The position numbers were made by a program, and so were the translations under genes. A stretch of DNA of 64,000 nucleotides from Selaginella moellendorffii (lineage: Eukaryota; Plantae; Lycopodiophyta), in NCBI RefSeq assembly GCF_000143415.4, contig NW_003314356.1, positions 1-64,000 on the forward strand, in the 5' to 3' direction. The notes beneath the pieces were generated by a model. The model saw only the letters and a program-made list of their open reading frames with translations, searched no databases and was not told the origin of the DNA. Position 1 is the stretch's first letter; the number at the start of each line of letters is the position of its first letter. Positions 26,074 to 39,400 of the stretch are shown piece after piece.

Positions 26074-29000
26074 CCCCCTCAAGATCAAAGACCAAACAAC
26101 TATACCGGAAATTATGGAAGAAACTACAATACATATTAGCAACTTTATGGACCTCATGACAACTATCAATGTCCTCCCCCACGAAATTACAATTATGATC
26201 AAGAACCATATTGGAATTATAATCAAAGACCACCCCAGGCTCAAGGTTACAATTACAACCAGCAATCTGCACTGCAGCAAGATAATCGTCCTCAACAACC
26301 TTACCAAAATGCAAATCACAAAAATAACCAAGGAGTAAACAATCAGGCTCCAAAGCCAAGGCCACCAACAGCACGGAATGTTGAGGTGGAAATTGACGAA
26401 CCACAAACTTTTGAAGAACTAGCAATACAAACTATCACGAGACAACAATACAAGTATCAGCAACTAGATAATCTGGAAGAACAAGATTACAATGATGAAG
26501 TTGAAATTATTCCAGAAACCAAATGGAAGAAAAGCAAGAAAATACTTCAAGCAATTTAGGCTGAATTGCAGGAACAAGAACCACAAGTCATTGAAGACCA
26601 TGACAAACCATTCAACGATCAACAAACAACAAGTTTCTCTGAAGAAGAGCACACCTCACTTGCATAACAAATACTGCAACACGGAATCATATTAACCTTA
26701 CAACAAATACTTCAAATAGCACCATATCTTAAGAGCCAAATACTTAAGATTTGTTGTCCACAAATTCCTGATGCTCGCACTCAAGAAAAGCAATTTCCAT
26801 CTAAATCTGAGAAAGAGGATAATGTAAAAATCCAACCTAGAGATTACGATGATAATGTACCTTGTATTGACCTCAATATAGGCAAGAATCAAATCAATGG
26901 AGCAATACTCGATGGAGGCTCGGGCGTGAATATAATCGAGCATGGAATATGTAAAGCAATAGGACTTGGACCCATACAACCTGCTCCCTTCAATGTCCGC
27001 ATGGCAGACCAACATGTTGTACGACCAGCTGGCATAATAAGAGATATCACCATTGGAATCAAAGGACACAAGTTCAAGATCAACTTCATGGTATTAAAAA
27101 TGACAATTGAAGAATCCTCTTACGAACTCTTGCTTGGAAGACCATGGCTAAACAAAGCAGTTTATGCTCAATATTGGATGGACCATGAAATTTGTATACA
27201 ATTAGACAAAGGACAAATGAAAATAGCTACAACTACAACCAGGAAAATTCTGAAAAGATTTCAACCAATTCAAGCCCAAGACTACAATTGGCAAGAAGGC
27301 TTGGACGACCTTGAAGAAGCCAAACTTCTTGAAGCTTACTCAGAGCTACGAGCTTTTCAAGAAATCGATTTACACCATGTACTACCAGTAGTGGCTCAAG
27401 ACCAACACCACAACTTAAACTCGATGGACCAACCACTCTACTCTACAAAGCTACATGCTCAAAGTCAACAAAGATTAAAGATAAAACAACAAAACGAGAA
27501 GCCAACTCTCAAGCCTGAACAATTATAATCTAAAGAATACAACATTCAGATTGATGCTAATCTAGCCCTACAATCTGGAAATGACAACTTTACACCCTGA
27601 ATTAACCTCAATGAAGAAACTGAAGAACTCAATCTTGGACTTCAAGAAGATCCACACAACATACTCATCGCTGCAAATCTTGACAAAAACTTCAAGATAA
27701 AAGCTCAACAATTACTCATAACCTACAAGGATGTTTTCGCATGGTCATACAAAGATCTCAAGGGAATACCCCCAGAACTATGTACACATCGCATAGAGTT
27801 ACTACCAGGAACTCAACCAATTAAGCAAACAGCTTATCGCATGAATCCAAGTTTCGCTGATAAAGTCAAAACAGAACTCAATAAACTACAAAATGCTGGA
27901 TTCATTTACCCCATCAAGAATGCACAATAGTTGTCACCATTGGTTATCGTCCCAAAAAAGAACGGCAAATTGCGAATTTGTGTCAATTACAAAAAGTTGA
28001 ATGATGTGACGGAAAAAGACTCTTTTCCTATACCATTCTCAGACGAGATACTTGACGTAGTTGCAGGACATGAGATGTACTCATTCCTCGACGGATTTTT
28101 AGGATATAATCAAGTTCACATAGCGCCAGAAGATCAATACAAGACTGCCTTCATCAGTCCATGGGGCGCATATGCATACTCCAGAATGGCATTCGGATTA
28201 ATGAATGCACCATTTACTTTTCAAAGGATAATTACCGACACATTTCAGAAATACTTGACTGATTTTATGCGCGTCTTCATGGATGACTTCAGCGTTTTTT
28301 GGAGCAAAAGAAAAACACCTTGAACACTTAGAAAAGTGTTTCAGTAAATGTCGACAAAACCAAGTTGCACTTAATCCAGAAAAGTGTATTTTCTTTGTTA
28401 AATCAGGAATACTCCTTGGCCATGTCGTTTGTAAAGACAGAATTCTCATTGACAAAGCAAAAACAGAGGTCATCGTCAAAATGACTCCACCCATGGATTT
28501 AATGAATTTGAGAAGATTTCTCGGAAAAATGGGTTACCATAGACGTTTTATTCAAGACTATGCAAAGATTGCTAAACCGCTCATAGAGCTACTTAAGAAA
28601 TCTCAAGTTTACGCATGGACACAAGATTGTCAACTAGCCTTTGACACACTTAAGGATAAGCTTATAAAAGCCCCCATACTGGTTCAACCAAATTGGACAC
28701 AGGAATTCATTGTACAAGTAGATGCATCTGATTATGCATTTGGAGCTATACTTTGCCAAAGAAAAACTGATAATTGAGACCATCCAATATACTATGCAAG
28801 CCGCAGACTCTCCCCACCAGAGATGAACTATACAACCATGGAAAAAGAGGCATTAGGAATGGTCTATGCACTCACCAAATTTCGACATTACCTCCTTTCA
28901 AACAAAGTCAAGATCATGGTTGATCACCAAGTACTCTTACACTTACTCAACAAGACAATACTCACTGGAAGAATCGCGAGATGGTTTCTTCTACTTCAAG

Positions 29001-29115
29001 AATTTAACTTTGAGATTATTCACAAGCCAGACAAACAACATACACAAACTGATCATCTTAATCGACTTACCATAGGGGAAAAAGTCACGAAATCCAACGA
29101 TGACTTACCTGATTC
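26074..29115 (+). pseudogene. Gypsy gag(C-term)-protease-RT-RNase H, with stops and a frameshift
   Basis: AILDGGSGVN (protease); SPLVIVPKKNGKLRICVNYKKLN, YSFLDGFLGYNQV and VFMDDF (RT); VQVDASDYAFGAIL and NYTTMEKEAL (RNase H). Confidence 0.95.
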
Positions 29116-29773
29116 AAGCTCTATTTCGTTAAAGTGGGATTTATTCAGTAAAATGGGACTAGGTACAAATTTTCAAGTATTTGAAAATGACGTGAAATTA
29201 TATGTTTTTTGTCCAGGGGCTAGACATATTTGGGGCATGGTGACTAGTGCGGTGACTTTATGTCTAGACTGAGTCCATCTGGTTGTATAATAAATCTCAT
29301 TGTCAAGGTGAACAAGCCGAATCTGAAGCTAAAGAAGAGCGATGGCATGCACGCACACACTATTTGTTTGTTCATTGAGCGTGTGGTGAGCTTTATAAGA
29401 TGAACGTCATTCCTATTAGCCAGACATATAACTTAATGGTGAGAACATTTAGATATTATTCAATGTTATCTTTTTCTAACGAATCTAATTGTGAAGGTGT
29501 AGCAAGAGGCATTGCTAGTCTGGAGAAGTCATTTAACTCATTTGACCCTTGAAATTTTCATGAAACTAAATAACATTCATATTATTAAGGAATTTCTCTA
29601 GTACCTTTTTTTTACGACATAGAGGCTTGCATTTCTTTCAAAGGTGATTTAGTAAAAGGCCTGAGGGCACATGCCATTCTATTTCTCAGACCGGTATTAA
29701 GATATACTAGTGCAAAGGGAAAAAGGTATTTGGTGATTAAGTAAATGGCATGAGGGCACACGCCATTATAAGC

Positions 29774-30033
29774 CTAAGCGCTAGTGGACACCTCCTTTTT
29801 GGTACTCTCAGCGGTACTATCATCCTTCTCCGGGTCAGTTGTTTTGCTTTGGATTGTTGTCTCTGACGTTATTAGGGCGTTCTCGATAGTTGTTAATATT
29901 GCCGTTTGTTCAGAAAAATGATCACCTGGAGTACAGTATGGGGAGTTTGGAAGACTTATATATTCTACATCTTCACCTATCTCCTTCTCCGTCTCCTTTT
30001 CTGCCTCACTTACAGATTTTGTGCTTGCCATGA
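29774..30033 (-). CDS. Acidic low-complexity ORF, possibly a downstream exon of the transposase transcript
   Basis: ORF MASTKSVSEAEKETEK... lies on the transposase strand. The transposase ORF ends with a candidate donor AG|GTGAGA. Splicing is inferred only. Confidence 0.3.
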
Positions 30034-30744
30034 GAACGCTCTTCACCCTAAAATATGGAGTTCGTTGTGTTATAAAAGGAAACCAACACACACGCTGCAA
30101 GGGAATGATGGTACATAAAGCACGTAAGCCCACAATATGGGTTTATGTGCCATTAATATGGGCCACACGCCATATTATTAGATTTATGCACGTGTGATTG
30201 GTAAATGCATATGTCACATCATCTTTGTTTTACCTCACACACTATATCAAGCCTAATGAACCATATCACATGTGCGCACATGCTATATATATGGAGAAGT
30301 ATTATGCAAGGATAGAAAAATTCAATGCATGATTGTGGAGAGCAATGGCATGAAGCCACATGCTAAATAACATTTTAGAGAAAGAATTAAAATAAAAACA
30401 TGCAAACAGTACTGAGTGGACCAAGACTTAGAAGTGCACAATTGAATGAGGTATTTCTAATAAATATTTCACTCACCTCATATAGGAATGGCTACCACTC
30501 TCAAATGGCGTATCGCCTCATGCCATCACCTCGCAATTTGTTATAACAATCCGATGAATTCATATTCGGCTTGTTCACCTTGAACTTTAAGTAAGATTTG
30601 CTAGAACAACTAAGAATTTATACTTGTTATTTGTATCATCTCACCTAGGAATGGCGTAAGGCCACATGCCATCACGCCTCCTCTGATTCAGATTCGGATT
30701 GTTCACCTTGAAATAAAATACATTAGAAACTTAGTAAAGGAATA

Positions 30745-33700
30745 TTAATGAATCTCACCTTGAACCCGGGTTATGAATGCTCTTGCTGCATCTCTTGCAT
30801 GGTCTGGCAAGGTGATGGTGGCACTCTGCTTCCGCATCCAACCATGCACAACATTATCCACCGATATGCTCATGCTGGGATCCCTTGGATTCAGCACCCA
30901 TCTTTTTTCTAGGCAATCCTTCGTATATCCGGAACTTGGCTTGAACCACTCCACAGTTACATTGAAGGAGTTAGTTTCCGCGTCCTCCTCTGCATCAGTG
31001 ATGCAGCGCCCCACCCATATCATTTGTTTTTTATTACTGGGTCTGACAAGCACGACCATTCCTTTGCAGACCTGTACTGGATTGAATGCTGAATCCGGCT
31101 TCTTGTTCCTCGGCCCACAATAGTGATCCTCAACATCGTTATCTGTCACTGCATTTCCAGAGGACATTGTTCCGCTACTATCTAGTGCTTTGGGTTCTGG
31201 CCAAAAGGACTCTTCCAATTCTTCATATACAACTGGCCCATTTTGGATAGCAGATATAATCTTCTCCCAGTATTCGAGCAAAGGCTTGCACCTCTAAAAA
31301 TAGGATTCTCCACCAAACACCAACCCCCTCTTCCAGAAGGCAATATGCTGTCTAATCCCGGCCACTATACTTTCCTGGTCTTTGAGTCCATCTGGGTGCA
31401 TCGGCCGTGGGGAACCCTGAGGAATCATAGGTTCCCCAGTTATGGGATCTCTCTTGAAGAGTTCAATACCGTCCACTGGCAGCCACACTATGTCCCATTC
31501 TCTCATCTTGTACCTCATCACTGAAGCACCGTCACACATGCTGAAATGAAACTGAAGAGGCTTGGAGTGGCGAATCAGCATTTCGGATCCGTCCCTGATG
31601 TAGCCTCTTACAAACCCCTTAAAGTCTGGAACCTCTGTCACAAGTGCAGCTTCAACAGTGCCTTTGATGCAATTTTGGAATTCATCGTAGAGTTGTGGGA
31701 GGGTGAGGACATTGGATCGCCGGAGGGACTCTGCCAGGTGACTAAACATGGCATCGACGTCTTCATGAGTGTGCCCAACCATGAGAAAGCCAAGTGTAAC
31801 CATTTCAAATATGCCTTTGGCAACAAACATCGCCAAGTACGCGAAGACGTACATGTTTTTGTTCTCACTGCCAGCATTGTCTGTTTGGAGCAGAAGATGG
31901 GGTGGAAGGCCACATCGGCCGCAAGAACTTCCTTGAGATTCTGCTTCGTTTGGATGAGGCTGTGCATTCACCGGGCGACCAACCTCGTCGGAATGGCATG
32001 AGGCCTCACATGATAACCCTACAATCTGACGGCCAACATATTCACTGGGATGGCATGGGGCCCCACGCGATACTGCAAGCCTTTGCTCCTCCTCCAGCTG
32101 AACCCTGTATGGGGTTCGATCGACAAGGGCCTTATGCAAGGGTTGGCCGTTCAGCTCAGTCTGCGCACTTTGCAGAGACCTTAAGTGTTTTGCTAGGGAC
32201 GCAATCATCATGTTTGCACCCCCGCCACCCCATAGAGGTACAAAGAAGTTCCCATAGTTCTGGGCACCATGCCCATGAGCGATTATGCCAAACAGAGACA
32301 CAGGCAGCTGCATGGATGAAGAGATTGCCTTGGGGGCAGGATTGAGTCGAGGTAAGCACGTCTTTTTCTGGTCCATTTTGTCGTGGATGATGCAAAGGTA
32401 AGAGTAAGGTCTCTCCATGGAGAGAATCCTGTTATGATAATATGCAGTTCTGCAGCTTCTCTGCTCGATGTTGTGGTCGAGCCGCCTTCTAACCAACGTC
32501 TCTCACTCTTGAGCGCTGCAAGAATTCTTCGACAAAGCCATTTTGATAGCAGTGCACTCGTCACACTTTGAAAAGCTGGAGTACTTTCCTATACTCACAT
32601 CCCTGAACCTGTTGCTCCACAATCTACTAAATCTAGATTGGCTCAGCTTCCTATAGCCATTACTCTGGAGTTCCCGATTCACATCTTCCAATATGGCCCT
32701 CTTGGTATACATGGAAGGGAGAACTCGTTGGGTGTCTCGTGTTCCATCTTCCAAGAGGCGGGTTTTATGTGGTTGCTGCTCGCTACATGTCTCGACAAAC
32801 CTCTTGAAGATTGCCTCTCCATATACAACATGACCCCTAGTTTTATGCGTACCGTCGTTCCCATGGACTGCCTGTTGAACCCTTTGTTCCTCGAACTCAG
32901 TTTTGATTCTGTAGAATGTGGTTCGAGGGACTCCATAAATGATTCTCCATGCCTTCATGCAGACCAAACCCCTCTGGAAGACCATGCCCCCCACCTGATG
33001 TTCTGAAGCATCAACAGATGACCGTAATGCCTCATACACAAAATTGCGAGCTGCCTTCCAGGACAATGTCTTGTATCTTGCTCTCTCCTCTTCAATAGCA
33101 TCCCAATCAGCATGTTGACAGCACCTCCTCTTGCAACAAGCAACTGTCGAGACCATTCGAACCTCCATCGCCATTTTCTGCCTTTTCGGTTCGTTGCTCA
33201 GATCCCTTTGGCTGCGCTTTAGGAAGGTGTACTTTCTTTTCCCATGAAGAGATGTTCTGTCATCAGTTGTAGTGGTGTTTGATTGTGAATCCTTCACATT
33301 CTCAAACACTAAGTGCCTCAATTTCCACCGCACAATGCTTCCAATAGTCAGACTGTTTTCTTCTGTGTCAACAACCTCTAAAATCACAACTCCAATATCA
33401 TCCCAGCCCAATTCTTGATTAGCAACCGCATCTCTTGGATCGACAACTGTGGCTAAGCCCTCAGCTACCACCTCCCCCTCGGGGTTGTTTAGAAACACCT
33501 TCGCCTGAATCCATGTAGCACGGTTCTTAAGATCCACGGAGGGAACATGCGTCGCACTTGCGCTGTCCCCAACATCTGCTTTCTTCTGAAGATTTTTCAA
33601 GGCAACAACAACATTTACCCCGACGACCATCTCTCCTCGTTCAATAGCGACCACATTCCCATCGAAGACAGTCTCTACTGATACAGCAGCATTGCCTTCC

Positions 33701-33813
33701 CCAAGCCTTTGATAGTGTATAACAAAGTTCCGATCCATAGACACAAGGGTCCCTTTTGCAACTCTCTTCCCACCATTCAAAATGTAAACCTTTTCCCCAA
33801 CCCTGAAGGCCAT
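30745..33813 (-). pseudogene. Sola-like DDD transposase (~1020 codons) with two in-frame premature stops
   Basis: Three predicted ORFs share one frame, separated only by TGA (32503-32505) and TAG (31294-31296). Motifs: CCKRRCC, VCMKAWRIIYGV, HGN, FSKCDEC, IIHDKMDQ, LLQTDNAGSENKN, FLMVGHTHEDVDAMFS. Confidence 0.88.
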
Positions 33814-34179
33814 TCTGAAAGTGCAGAAAAGAAGTTAAGACCATACAAAAAATGATTGGAGAATGGCCTAAATCATAACATACCAAACAACCTCAATAGC
33901 ATGAGGCCATATGCCATTATTCAAACATGCTATTGACACCCACGTGAAATTTCGCATTCACAAAATTGGCATGAGCCCTCATGCCATCTTGATATACACA
34001 CAGCTGCAGGCAAGTAAAAACATACATGACAATACGCTAGCCATGAAATTGCAAGGGCCCAAGATGGCATGTGGCCTCATGCCATTTCTAAATGTGGTCC
34101 TAAGCCATTCCATGGTGAACATACCAGGAAGCACAAGTGCCGAATATCAAGAGGAAGCGGTAGCCACACCAAAGAAAGT

Positions 34180-34245
34180 GCCGCTCGCAACACTGCAACT
34201 GCTCGTAGCGCCGCTCGCAACACCGCAACTGCTCGTAGCGCCACT
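34180..34245. repeat. 30-bp tandem duplication (GCCGCTCGCAACACYGCAACTGCTCGTAGC)
   Basis: Two adjacent copies, followed by decayed CTCGCA units. Confidence 0.85.
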
Positions 34246-34823
34246 CGCACAAACTGCCACTCGCATAAACTGCCACTCGCAATGGTGCTCGCAATGCCGC
34301 AACCACTCGTAGACGCATAAACCACAGCTCACAACGCCGCTTACACAAGCAGCGCTCACTGCGCTCAGCGGAACCAAGAACACGGTGCACAAAAATGATA
34401 GACCTAGGAATGAGTTCGAGAATTCAAAAATAACACACGCTTGAACGTCACATCAAATCCTTTGACAAACCAGATCTTATGACTCCTCTGACAAATTTCA
34501 AATTGAGTAGCTTCTAGACTTTGCTGTCGGAGGTTGAACTTTGTCACATCATGGCATGGCAAAGTTCGAATCACTGACATGGCACAACTGGATCGAGGCA
34601 AGGACATGATGTGACAAAGTTCAACATGAACATGCAAAAACTAACTTCACTAACTCACATTGATTTTCGCAAGACCAGCCTAGTAATCTATTTGCATCCC
34701 GTCATGTTTATAGCTAGCTTTCATTTGTCCCCTTCGCTAGCCTGAGATACATCTGCTCGGCATCTACCTCTTACAGCATTTGCCCAGAAAGGGCATCTTT
34801 CTTCACGCAGCATTTGCCACATG

Positions 34824-34849
34824 TTTAGGGTTTAGGGTTTAGGGTTTAG
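34824..34849 (+). promoter_or_regulatory. Interstitial telomere repeat / telo-box (TTTAGGG)3
   Basis: TTTAGGGTTTAGGGTTTAGGGTTTAG in the intergenic region between the divergent genes. Regulatory role is inferred. Confidence 0.6.
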
Positions 34850-36427
34850 CAATTCAGTAGCTTGATAAACATGCAAATACAGAACTTGATGCAAAATCTT
34901 TTGATATGTCACAATGCCCCTAGGACCATAAACACATTTCAATAGAGAGGGTCCTTTCATTTCATAACTCCTTACGTAGATCTTGGTGAAACAAGAGTTA
35001 GTGAAGTTAGTTTTTTGTGATCCCACATCTGATTGTGATGTCCCTTTTCAGTGTCGATGCAAAGGTCAATGCACACCAAACTGTAAAATCTTGGAGCAAA
35101 ATAACGGTCGGATCTATGGCAAATGCCCTTGAAACATTGTAAGGCTCGTGTGGTCTCATGTGGTGTCCGATCGAGATGCTTCTTTGCAGGGTCATCAAGA
35201 AAGACATTGTATACCATTCTGTAAAATCTAGTTGCAATCTAACGGTTGGATCTCCAGAAAACTCAAAAAAATCTCGCGCGTGTTAGAATATCCTAGGAAT
35301 ATACTCCTATGTTGCGGCCCCACGCCATTCAAGAGATAACGCCAGATGACGCCGAGAATTTTTTGGTGCATTTTTTGGGTTCAAAATTGCATGAGCCCAC
35401 ACGCTATAAAGTTTATCTTTGCCAAATAGAGAAAAGTTTATCTGTGTCATGTGAGGTAGTTACAATCCTTTGTGCTCGGCATCTGCCTCTTGCAGCATTT
35501 GCACTAAAAGGGAATTTTTCTCCATTCAGCATTTGGCCCTAAAAATGGCATGCGCCCACACGCCATTCAAGGAATAATGCCACAGGACGCCTGGATTTTT
35601 GGGTTTAAAATGTTTAGGGTTTTTTGGGTTTTTTCAAAATATTTTGGGTCCAACGTTTTTTGGGTTTCTTTGGTTCAAAATTGCATGAGCCCACACGCTA
35701 TAATATTGATTTGAGAGAAAAATAGAAACAGATAGAATTTCTTTATTTAGCTGAACATCTGCCATTTTTGGAAATACAAGATGCTTTGGAATATCCAATC
35801 ATGCATGGTATAAATATAGCGAGGGTATTAAATGATATCCCAATCATGATCTTTCTTTTGGATTTCGCGTGCATGCAGTCCGAGGAATGATGACGTGGCG
35901 GATTTCTTTTGGATTTTGCGTGCTTGCATGCGCGCGGCAATCCAGAAATTAATGGTGGCACCCAAGTCCGAGGAATGATGATGTGGCGGGATTACCAACC
36001 GTTGTGATATTTCGCGCGTGTGAGGTTAGGTTTTGCATTTTGCTTCGTACTCGCGCTCGCGCTCGCATCACACTCGCGCTCGCATCGCGCTCCCACTCGC
36101 GATCACGCTCACATTTGCGCTCATCTACCTTCTCTACAGGTTTCTTGTGTGCATCGGCATCCACTCGCGCTTGCATCACACTCGCGCTCGCATCGCGCTT
36201 GTGTGCATCGGCGTCCACTTCAAGACACACCCAGTTTGTAACTTCGCCGCCAACTCTGCCGCCCACTCCGCCACCCACACGCAGCCCACTTGGCGTCCCG
36301 GGAGATTTCAGCGCCACTCTCAAACTGTAAGTGGCAGAGTAGCCTTGCTGCTACGATCCGCTGCACACACAGTGCACATTCGCCAGCGAGTCCGGCCTCG
36401 ATTGTCACGGCCTCCATTCGGCTTCAA

Positions 36428-39400
36428 ATGGTAAGTCTTTTAGGCCAAGTAGAAAATGGCATGAGGCCACATGCCATTCAGTAGCAACATTGGCATGCAT
36501 CGATTGGGCTCTCGAGTGCAGTCCGGTTACAGATGGCATGTAGCCTCACGCCATCTTAGGATGCAGCCTCATGACATCTGATGCAGTGGTGAATGGCGTG
36601 TGGCCTCATGTTATTTCCAGCTGCTAGCTTTTCATCTGTTAGCTCTAATTGTTGTGCATTTCTGAACAGGCGAGGAATTGCATTTTTCTTCCAGCCACTG
36701 TCAATGTGGATGCAGAGAAGGGGGAGGAGCTCACCAGTTGGACTTTCGGGATGGAAGGCGAGTATCTGAGGCTGTACAACACAGATGGTGGGAGAAAAGA
36801 ATGCATGGGGATCCTCATCCAAGTGACAGACACTCCATGCAGTTCCATGCAAGAATATGGACTGGCACTTGTGGTAGAGACAGCGTCCGCCTTCAAGATC
36901 CACCTTGCACATCCTAGCGGCTTCCCGGAGGGGGGCAGCGGCTATGAGGAATTCCTAGAGGGAGCTAGGGAGAGGTTGTCTAGGAGGCCCACAATTTCAA
37001 AGACGCTGCATGTCTATGAAGATCACATGGAATCCACGGACCTCACCTACGGCGATGTTCAAAAACTATATTCCAACATTGAGCCGTTGAGAGTGCCTCT
37101 AGTCCGCGAAGCGAAGGGGAAGGGGGTCGATCTGGAAACTACCCCGAAGCAGAAAAGGGTGGTCAAGCTCAAGCCGACGTCCGACTCTGCTGCTCCAAAA
37201 AAGAAGCTACTCAGTGATGCCATTGCCTCGGGTTCGAACACTACACCCACCAAAAAGAAGAGCCGCAAAGAGCAGAAAGAGCAAGAAGAGGCAGCAAAAA
37301 TCGTCGCAGATAATAGTACTTGTTACTATTCCAACAAAGTATATACAATCGACGTGAGCCGTATCAACATCCAAAGCAAATACAACCACAGGCTAGTATC
37401 TGATGAGTGGGTGGAGAAACTGAAGCAGAAGATGCTGGCAAGTCCAGTAACACCCGACATCGCAGACGTGATCCCCTACTACCGAACAATGAAGGGCGAG
37501 ACGAGGTTTCCAGACTTGATCAATAGGAAGGTGTTAGACGATCAGAACATCCGGTTCTATGCCGTCTCCGGGCAGCATTCTAGCTTGGCGATGCAAGAGA
37601 TAGTTGTGGATATTATGGTGGGCGAGGAGGTGAAGAAAGTCTTCAAGACAAGAGTTGTCCGCCTGATAAAAGGCAACTCGCCCCTCCGATCTATCATATC
37701 CATCTCCCACGCGCAGAATGTCAAGCAAGAAATGTGCTACAAATCGGGTCTGCATGAGACATTGGCACGAACACGGAAGCTCTGGGTTCAACTGAAGAAG
37801 CCACAAAAACCAGGACAAGGACGTGCACTAGCAACTAGCACCTGGCAGGTAAGCCTCGTTGCATGTGGCATAGCATGTGGCCTCACGCCATTTCCATTGC
37901 AGGAATTCTCGAGTCTTCTCTCGAAAACACTGGGGGTCAATGACACACTCAGCATCCATAACATTCTACTCGCGACAAAAGTTGTTTTTGACAAATGGGT
38001 AGATGTGCTGAGGAGGTACCATGACGGGGAGTTGCTAAACTCAATGGGTGTGGAGGACAGCCGGAAGCCCAATGATTTGAAGCTCAACGCCTTGTGTTTC
38101 TCGCGGTCTCCAGACGACGACGACCTTCTGACAGTGGCTAATGCTCTTCTACGTGGTGAGGTAGTCTTCAACAAGACCAAAATGACTCCCGGCCATATTG
38201 TGACATACGAGGACTTGTGCACGACTCTGAGAGCTCGTGCGCTATTGAAGGATTGGATCTTCGAGCAAGTGGCCGTGGAGAGGGTGAGCATCGACACCAC
38301 GCAAGAGATGATGGAAGAGTTGGAGTTGTCAAATGAAGACATCGACGACTACGTGAAGGGGGCCCCCAAGTTCATCGATCTGCTGCGGGAAGCCACGAAA
38401 AGTAAAGCTGAGAAGTTGGATCAGTATCCAAATTTCATTAAGAGGGATGTCGACCGCCGGCTTCAGAAACAGTTCGACCCCGCAGCAGAGGCCTATCGAG
38501 AACCTTACCGGGTATACGTGAATTTGGATGAGGATCAAAGGTGGAGGAGCATCGTTTCCCGCTGAGATGAGCAGGTCAAGAACATCTTTTGTGTGATGGA
38601 CTTCACAAACGAGGAGATCACTTATGCAGACGAAGTCAGCTCCATCATTGACTTAATGATGGGACTTGCGGAGGTGGAATCTTCAGTCCACTATATGATC
38701 TACGACTCCGAATCCTATCACAAGTTCTGGAAGGCCTTGAACGAGGTGAAGGCTCGGTTGAAAGGCAAGGAGATGCAGGAGATCCATGGGATAATGGCTA
38801 AGAAGAAGATACCGACGAATGTCCGCATCTTCACACTCGCCCTTGTTATTGGTCCTGCAGCAGAGTGGGACTGGAGTGACTTCCCAGCTTCGTTCGACAA
38901 GGCCGATCGAATTGATCTGAGGGAGGTCAATTTACCCGTGCCTGAGGAACTGAAGACGGCTATGGAGCTTTCGAATCCAGAGAAAGCTCCAGGTGCAGCA
39001 TGGGAAATGCTCAGCTGGGTCTTCAACGCAATAGCACCTGCTTCCGACTCCAAGGGCAAATGCGTTGTCGAGTATAACTGCGGCGGACTATTCTTTCGAG
39101 CCGCACTACTCAAGGGTGTCCCGTGTGTTGCGGTGACAAACTCCATTGAAGAGGTGACTTCAATGAAGCATATAATTACAGTTGCCAAAGAAAAACAGTA
39201 TCTTCTCTGCGAACCTGGTGAGTACGCACTTTAAGTTTAAATGTTATCTCACAAGCTCTGTATGCAAGAGCGTGGCCACCCCCAGATGCTGAAACGGCGT
39301 TAACAGCTACTGTTGAAGATACCCATGTTAGGCCGAGCTCACAACCTGCACAAGGTAAGGTCACGTGAGGCCTCACGCCATTTTGATTATAGATCGTTGT

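Noticed and set aside
38566-39217. Catalytically active DNA methyltransferase
   Set aside because: No DPPY/SPPY/NPPY motif and a degenerate FxGxG motif. Only the fold is proposed, not the activity.
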